NCBI GenBank assembly: GCA_045863855.1
Contig: BTVV01000083.1
Location: 1-26,506, forward strand
Direction: 5' to 3'
Origin: Planctomycetota bacterium
GTDB lineage: Bacteria > Planctomycetota > SZUA-567 > H5-PLA8
Length of the DNA stretch: 26,506 bases
Shown here in pieces: positions 25,492 to 26,506 of the stretch (position 1 is the stretch's first letter; each line of letters starts with the position of its first letter). A program made the position numbers and the translations under genes. The notes under the pieces are model-generated. The model was given only the letters and a program-made list of their open reading frames with translations. It did not search any database and was not told where the DNA came from.

Positions 25492-26506
25492 GTGAAGAGG
25501 CCAGTCGCCAAGTATCAGCACATCAAGTCGCGACAGACTCCAGGCCGCAAGGTCTACTTGATCAGTTGGTATCCGCCGAGGATGGCCGGAAGAAGGACAA
25601 TGTCTTCCCTGCAAACTGATGACCCGCAGGAGGCAAAATCGATAGCGCTGGACGTCGAACGCATCGTGAACAGCGACGAATTGCTAGCCGTCCTAGATCC
25701 GAACAGTGATGCGCTCGAAGGCTTCAACGAGCGAGCGATCGAACTCGTCTGGGGCCAAAAGCCCAAGCGTGCCACCCCGACAGTATCGTTGAGTATTTCA
25801 AGAAACGCCGGGCGCGCCAGAGGCCTCTACGCCGGGCGGCTAAGTCCTACGCAGCGCCAAATAGAGATTCCCAACGACGAGTTGAAGGCAGCCCAGGACA
25901 CCATCCGAGATCAAGCCACCAAGATCCGGATCCTGGAGCGCGAAAAGTCCGATCTGGAAGAGGAGAACAAGACCTATCGCCGCCGGTTGAACAAGCACGT
26001 AAGCGTGACGCTCAACGATGCCATCGAGGAGTTCAAGACGTATTACAAGGGGCGGGCCGAGAAGACCGAGAATAGCGTCTTGGCAACAAATCGAAACCTG
26101 GCGGGATTCCTCCCGGCCGGTACGACCAAGTGCCTGGGTGATTTGCGAGTTGGCGAATTAACGGCTCGGTTCATAAATGGTTGGCTGGTCGAGTACTGCG
26201 ATCCGCGTACAGGAAAGGAAGTCTCCCAGAACACCCGCCTTCGAGTGAAGCGCTATGTCTCCACCTTCTGGTCTTGGGCGTACAAGCATTACGACTTGTC
26301 CGAGAATCCGATGGACAAGGTCATGGAGGTCGCCGGAACCGCGCCGGAGCACATCTTGGCCATCAGGCGCGAGGATGACCTGATTGCCTACCTGGAGGGT
26401 TTGAGACCCTGGCCTTACTGGCGCGCATGGGCGGCCATGGCGATTTTTGCCGGCCAGCGCTGGGCGGAGCAGGCCTTGCCCACGCTGCGCCAGCAGATCG
26501 GCAACG
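25492..26506 (+). CDS. second tyrosine recombinase/integrase, 3' truncated by the window (absent from the ORF track)
   Basis: AAGGAGG RBS and GTG start; 338 open codons. Core-binding-like VSQNTRLRVKRYVSTFWSWA...ENPM and Box I-like AIFAGQRWAE. Confidence 0.8.
   Translation, partial: MKRPVAKYQHIKSRQTPGRKVYLISWYPPRMAGRRTMSSLQTDDPQEAKSIALDVERIVNSDELLAVLDPNSDALEGFNERAIELVWGQKPKRATPTVSLSISRNAGRARGLYAGRLSPTQRQIEIPNDELKAAQDTIRDQATKIRILEREKSDLEEENKTYRRRLNKHVSVTLNDAIEEFKTYYKGRAEKTENSVLATNRNLAGFLPAGTTKCLGDLRVGELTARFINGWLVEYCDPRTGKEVSQNTRLRVKRYVSTFWSWAYKHYDLSENPMDKVMEVAGTAPEHILAIRREDDLIAYLEGLRPWPYWRAWAAMAIFAGQRWAEQALPTLRQQIGN

Larger units (their letters stand above)
25375..26506 (+). mobile_element. 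left end of a second integrative element at the tRNA-Leu 3' end
   Basis: AT-rich att-like segment, direct repeats and an integrase gene directly after the CCA. Confidence 0.7.

Overview
GC-rich bacterial DNA; the gene families suggest Planctomycetota/PVC (inference). Bases 1-8.9 kb hold accessory genes: a run of secreted proteins (two propeller/kelch-like proteins, a lipoprotein, an alpha/beta-hydrolase), an XRE-HTH gene with a diverged 3' remnant of a paralogue 3.6 kb away, an ECF sigma factor fused to ankyrin repeats, an AAC(6')-I-like GNAT and a membrane protein. From about 9 kb to 25.3 kb lies an integrative element with two divergent arms. The leftward arm is a replication-type operon (wHTH protein, putative SSB-like protein, Klenow-type family A DNA polymerase, small wHTH protein, Topo VI-A/Mini-A-like Toprim protein) with no recognisable primase, helicase or relaxase. 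The rightward arm carries a PD-(D/E)XK Fe-S nuclease, a WGR-fused ATP-dependent DNA ligase, DUF932, an AlpA excisionase and a tyrosine integrase. No capsid or conjugation genes are visible. The integrase ends 93 bp before the 5' end of an intact tRNA-Leu(CAA), and a second, different tyrosine integrase starts just after the tRNA's 3' end and runs off the window. Hairpin-rich intergenic segments, a shared promoter motif, 16-bp palindromic repeats and small ORFs missing from the ORF track were found by eye. All family assignments come from motif recognition, not database searches.
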